The notes beneath the pieces were generated by a model. The model did not search any database. It saw nothing but the letters and a program-made list of their open reading frames with translations, and was not told where the DNA came from. 60,883 nt of DNA from an uncultured Gammaproteobacteria bacterium (GTDB taxonomy: Bacteria > Patescibacteriota > Patescibacteriia > Patescibacteriales > GWC2-42-12): positions 1-60,883 of the forward strand of contig CAYSKV010000006.1 in NCBI GenBank assembly GCA_964431805.1. The letters run 5' to 3'. Position numbers and translations under genes: made by a program. Each line of letters opens with the position of its first letter. Position 1 is the stretch's first letter. Of this stretch, positions 58,485 to 60,883 are shown piece by piece.

Positions 58485-58571
58485 AGATAGAATGGTGCGG
58501 AAACGGCAAGTAATTATTCTAATAAAAAAACCACATTGGTGTGTGGTTTTTTTATTTATATCTAATTGATT

Positions 58572-58895
58572 TTAGATTTTTAAATCATCAACAGATGAAG
58601 TGTCAATTCCAGAATCTTGGCTTCTGGCAGGTCGTCTTGAACCTTCTGGTTCATAGATTTTTAAATTAACACGAGCATTGTTTTTAGCGCCAACGATCTT
58701 TAATAAAGTTCGGATGGCTTGTGCTGTCTGACCTTTTCGGCCAATAATGTATCCCATGTCGGCCGGGTCGGTTTTAAGCGTTAACAAAACTCCCATTTCG
58801 TCTACTGTTCTTTCCACTGATACTGCATCAGGGTTAGAAACAACTGACTTGGCGACGAACTCCAAGAATGCTTGATCGGATGCTTGAGCAGCCAT
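58572..58895 (-). CDS. khpA: KH-domain RNA-binding protein
   Basis: DMGYIIGRKGQTAQAIRTLL; position between rpsP and trmD. Confidence 0.92.
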   Translation of the reverse strand: MAAQASDQAFLEFVAKSVVSNPDAVSVERTVDEMGVLLTLKTDPADMGYIIGRKGQTAQAIRTLLKIVGAKNNARVNLKIYEPEGSRRPARSQDSGIDTSSVDDLKI

Positions 58896-59035
58896 AGTTT
58901 TCTTGTTCTTGCAAAGCTGACTTTAAGGGTTGCCCCTATAAATATTTTCAGTCAGAATTGAAAGATCTCTTAATAATTAAACCCAATGTTTATTGGGATT
59001 ATGTTATTTTAACATAAATTACTTATTTGTCAATC

Positions 59036-59410
59036 TTAAGCGGCTGGTTGTTCTATTTTTGGCTCTTCAGCTGGAGCTTGGGTAGTAGTTTCTACTGGCG
59101 CTGATGTAGTGGCGGCTTTAACTGGAGCTGGAGCTTTTTTGGGCGTTCTGCTTTTTGAAGCTTTTACTTTTTTGCCTTCAATAATTTTTTTCTCAACCAA
59201 TAAATTATTTACTGTATCTGACATGCCCGCGCCTTTAGAAATCCAATATTTAGTTTTTTCAGCATCAATTTTTAATTCTTTGGTGTGCGGATTATAGGAG
59301 CCTAAAATTTCTAAAGAATCTCCGTAAAGATCTTTGTGTTTTTCTGATATGAGGACACGATATAATGGTTTATTCTTTTTCCCCACTCTTGATAATCTGA
59401 TAGTTAACAT
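59036..59410 (-). CDS. rpsP: 30S ribosomal protein S16 with Ala/Pro-rich tail
   Basis: MLTIRLSRVGKKNKPLYRV...LGSYNP. Confidence 0.97.
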   Translation of the reverse strand: MLTIRLSRVGKKNKPLYRVLISEKHKDLYGDSLEILGSYNPHTKELKIDAEKTKYWISKGAGMSDTVNNLLVEKKIIEGKKVKASKSRTPKKAPAPVKAATTSAPVETTTQAPAEEPKIEQPAA

Positions 59411-59501
59411 AGTTTGTTAGTTATTTTATAAAATCTCATTGAGCATTTGAGACGGTTTATTTAGTAGATGTTAGCTGATTAATAGCTTTTTGTCAATCTA
59501 C

Positions 59502-59615
59502 TGGAGCGGGTAACGGGAATCGAAGGGGCGGAAGCCCCACTCCGACACAATGGCTTCTCAACCCATTACCACACTAAAAGATAAATTTATCAACTGCGTT
59601 GCTAACTTTATCTCT
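59502..59615 (-). mobile_element. tRNA-Gly 3'-end duplication with shared mini-element core
   Basis: 23-bp repeat (59502-59524 vs 59616-59638, one mismatch) around GGGGCGGAAGCCCCAC core and imperfect 16-bp hairpin. Confidence 0.7.
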
Positions 59616-59690
59616 TGGAGCGGGTAAGGGGAATCGAACCCCTCTCTCCAGCTTGGAAGGCTAGCATAAAAGCCACTATACGATACCCGC
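59616..59690 (-). tRNA. tRNA-Gly(TCC)
   Basis: Cloverleaf, encoded CCA; loop ctTCCaa. Confidence 0.95.
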
Positions 59691-59702
59691 TAAAAATCTT
59701 TG

Positions 59703-59773
59703 TCGGGCTGCTGGGAATTGAACCCAGTCAACATGCTCCCAAAGCATGCGTACTACCGGTATACGACAGCCCG
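59703..59773 (-). tRNA. tRNA-Pro(TGG)
   Basis: Cloverleaf; catgc-ttTGGga-gcatg. Confidence 0.93.
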
Positions 59774-59793
59774 AGTTCAATTAATAATTGAAA

Positions 59794-59868
59794 TGGTGCC
59801 GGGGGTGAGAATCGGACTCACGACACAATGATTTTCAGTCATTTGCTCTACCACTGAGCTACCCCGGC
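59794..59868 (-). tRNA. tRNA-Phe(GAA)
   Basis: Cloverleaf, encoded CCA; T-loop reads TCCGATT. Confidence 0.93.
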
Positions 59869-59883
59869 CTAATTGAATTCTTG

Positions 59884-59956
59884 TTGCGGGGGTCGGATTT
59901 GAACCGACGACCTCCAGGTTATGGGCCTGGCGAGCTGCCAACTGCTCTACCCCGCG
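59884..59956 (-). tRNA. Initiator tRNA-fMet(CAT)
   Basis: C1-A72 mismatch; anticodon arm ccagg-ccCATaa-cctgg. Confidence 0.9.
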
Positions 59957-59993
59957 ATACTACGCTAAAGCTTCGTATCGCAAGCTTAGCGAA

Positions 59994-60230
59994 TTAAACC
60001 AATCTTTTTTTAAAGAATGCATTTCCAGACCCAGTTTTTAGATATTGCTCAAAATAAGCTGCAATTGTTTTGTTTTTAAACATGCCAATCCAAACAACTT
60101 TAATGGGTAATCTATATTTTGTGTAATCAACTAAACTATTTTTATGTTGTACTATTCTTTTTTTAATATTTTCAGTTAAACCTATATAATAAGTTTTATC
60201 TGAACATAATAAAATATAAACGTAATACAT
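59994..60230 (-). CDS. Short stand-alone GIY-YIG nuclease (track start 60242)
   Basis: MYYVYILLC...YYIGLT..I..RI.QH...AAYFEQYLKTGSG. Confidence 0.9.
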   Translation of the reverse strand: MYYVYILLCSDKTYYIGLTENIKKRIVQHKNSLVDYTKYRLPIKVVWIGMFKNKTIAAYFEQYLKTGSGNAFFKKRLV

Positions 60231-60277
60231 AGACAATCCCATTAAGGCTTGTCCTCCATAGCTTCAGCGTAGGAGGG

Positions 60278-60351
60278 TGGGCATGCCGGGAATCGAACCT
60301 GGGACCTCCACATTATCAGTGTGGCGCTCTAACCAGCTGAGCTACATGCCC
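60278..60351 (-). tRNA. tRNA-Ile(GAT)
   Basis: Cloverleaf; ccaca-ctGATaa-tgtgg. Confidence 0.95.
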
Positions 60352-60540
60352 AAATATTATACAAAATAAAAAGACTGCTTCTAAATAATTTAGGACCAGT
60401 CTTTTTATAATTTATCCTCCGTAGCTTTAGCGAAGGGGGACAAATAGGCCCATAAAACTATTTGTTTATTTTTTTTGTATTTCAGTACTAACAGGCGCTA
60501 ACTCTTCGACTATTTCGATTGTTCACCGAAAAATCTCCCT

Positions 60541-60883
60541 AGAAAGGAGGTGATCCATCCACAGCTTCCGCTACGGATGCCTTGTTACGACTTCGTCCCT
60601 ATCATCGATCCTACCTTCGAACCCTTTACGGGGTTCTTCGGGCATTACCGACTCTCTTGACGTGACGGGCGGTGAGTACAAGACCCGAGAACGTATTCAA
60701 CGTGGCGTGGCTGATCCACGTTTACTAGCGATTCCAGCTTCATGAGGGCGAGTTGCAGCCCTCAATCCGAACTGAGAGAAGTTTTAAAGGATTTGCTCCA
60801 TCTTACGATTTGGCGTCCCTTTGTGCTTCCCATTGTAGCACGTGTGTCGCCCAAGGTGTAAGAACCATGCTGATTTGACGTCA
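60541..60883 (-). rRNA. rrs: 16S rRNA, 3' end (partial)
   Basis: AAGGAGGTGATCCA, CCTTGTTACGACTT, GACGGGCGGTGAGTACA, TTGTAGCACGTGTGT; anti-SD CCUCC present. Confidence 0.98.

Noticed and set aside
2713-59297. Many antisense or nested short ORFs in the track (e.g. 2713-3045, 13974-14342, 56916-57614)
   Set aside because: They shadow well-supported genes on the other strand or frame and show no motifs or translation signals
60541-60883. Intron or insertion in the 16S 3' region
   Set aside because: Conserved blocks follow at normal spacing; none visible in this portion

Overview
AT-rich bacterial chromosome segment in genetic code 11, most consistent with Patescibacteria/CPR (Parcubacteria-like). 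That assignment is inferred from the VirB2-like pilin arrays, the unlinked 16S gene, the 16S 1391R-site variant GACGGGCGGTGAGTACA and the compact gene set. Layout: (1) a ~15 kb accessory island at ~1.0-16.1 kb beside the 3' end of tRNA-Asp. It holds a ParB-methyltransferase/HTH/ATPase-only terminase module, a large serine recombinase, and a type I R-M operon with a SMODS nucleotidyltransferase + SLATT pair (CBASS-like) nested between hsdM and hsdS. (2) Core genes around the dnaA-dnaN origin. (3) A ~1,680-codon surface adhesin gene broken by an in-frame amber codon and a G9 frameshift. (4) Nine VirB2-like pilin genes. (5) 11 tRNAs and the 3' end of a 16S gene with no 23S downstream. The most unusual signals are non-coding: two ~113-bp mini-elements that each duplicate the 3' end of a different tRNA but share an internal core; a terminal-inverted-repeat family whose longest member brackets a GIY-YIG nuclease gene; a ~163-bp dispersed element whose terminal stem is rewritten while pairing is kept; and nested palindromes next to DnaA boxes. 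All annotation is by eye from motifs; no searches or folding were run.
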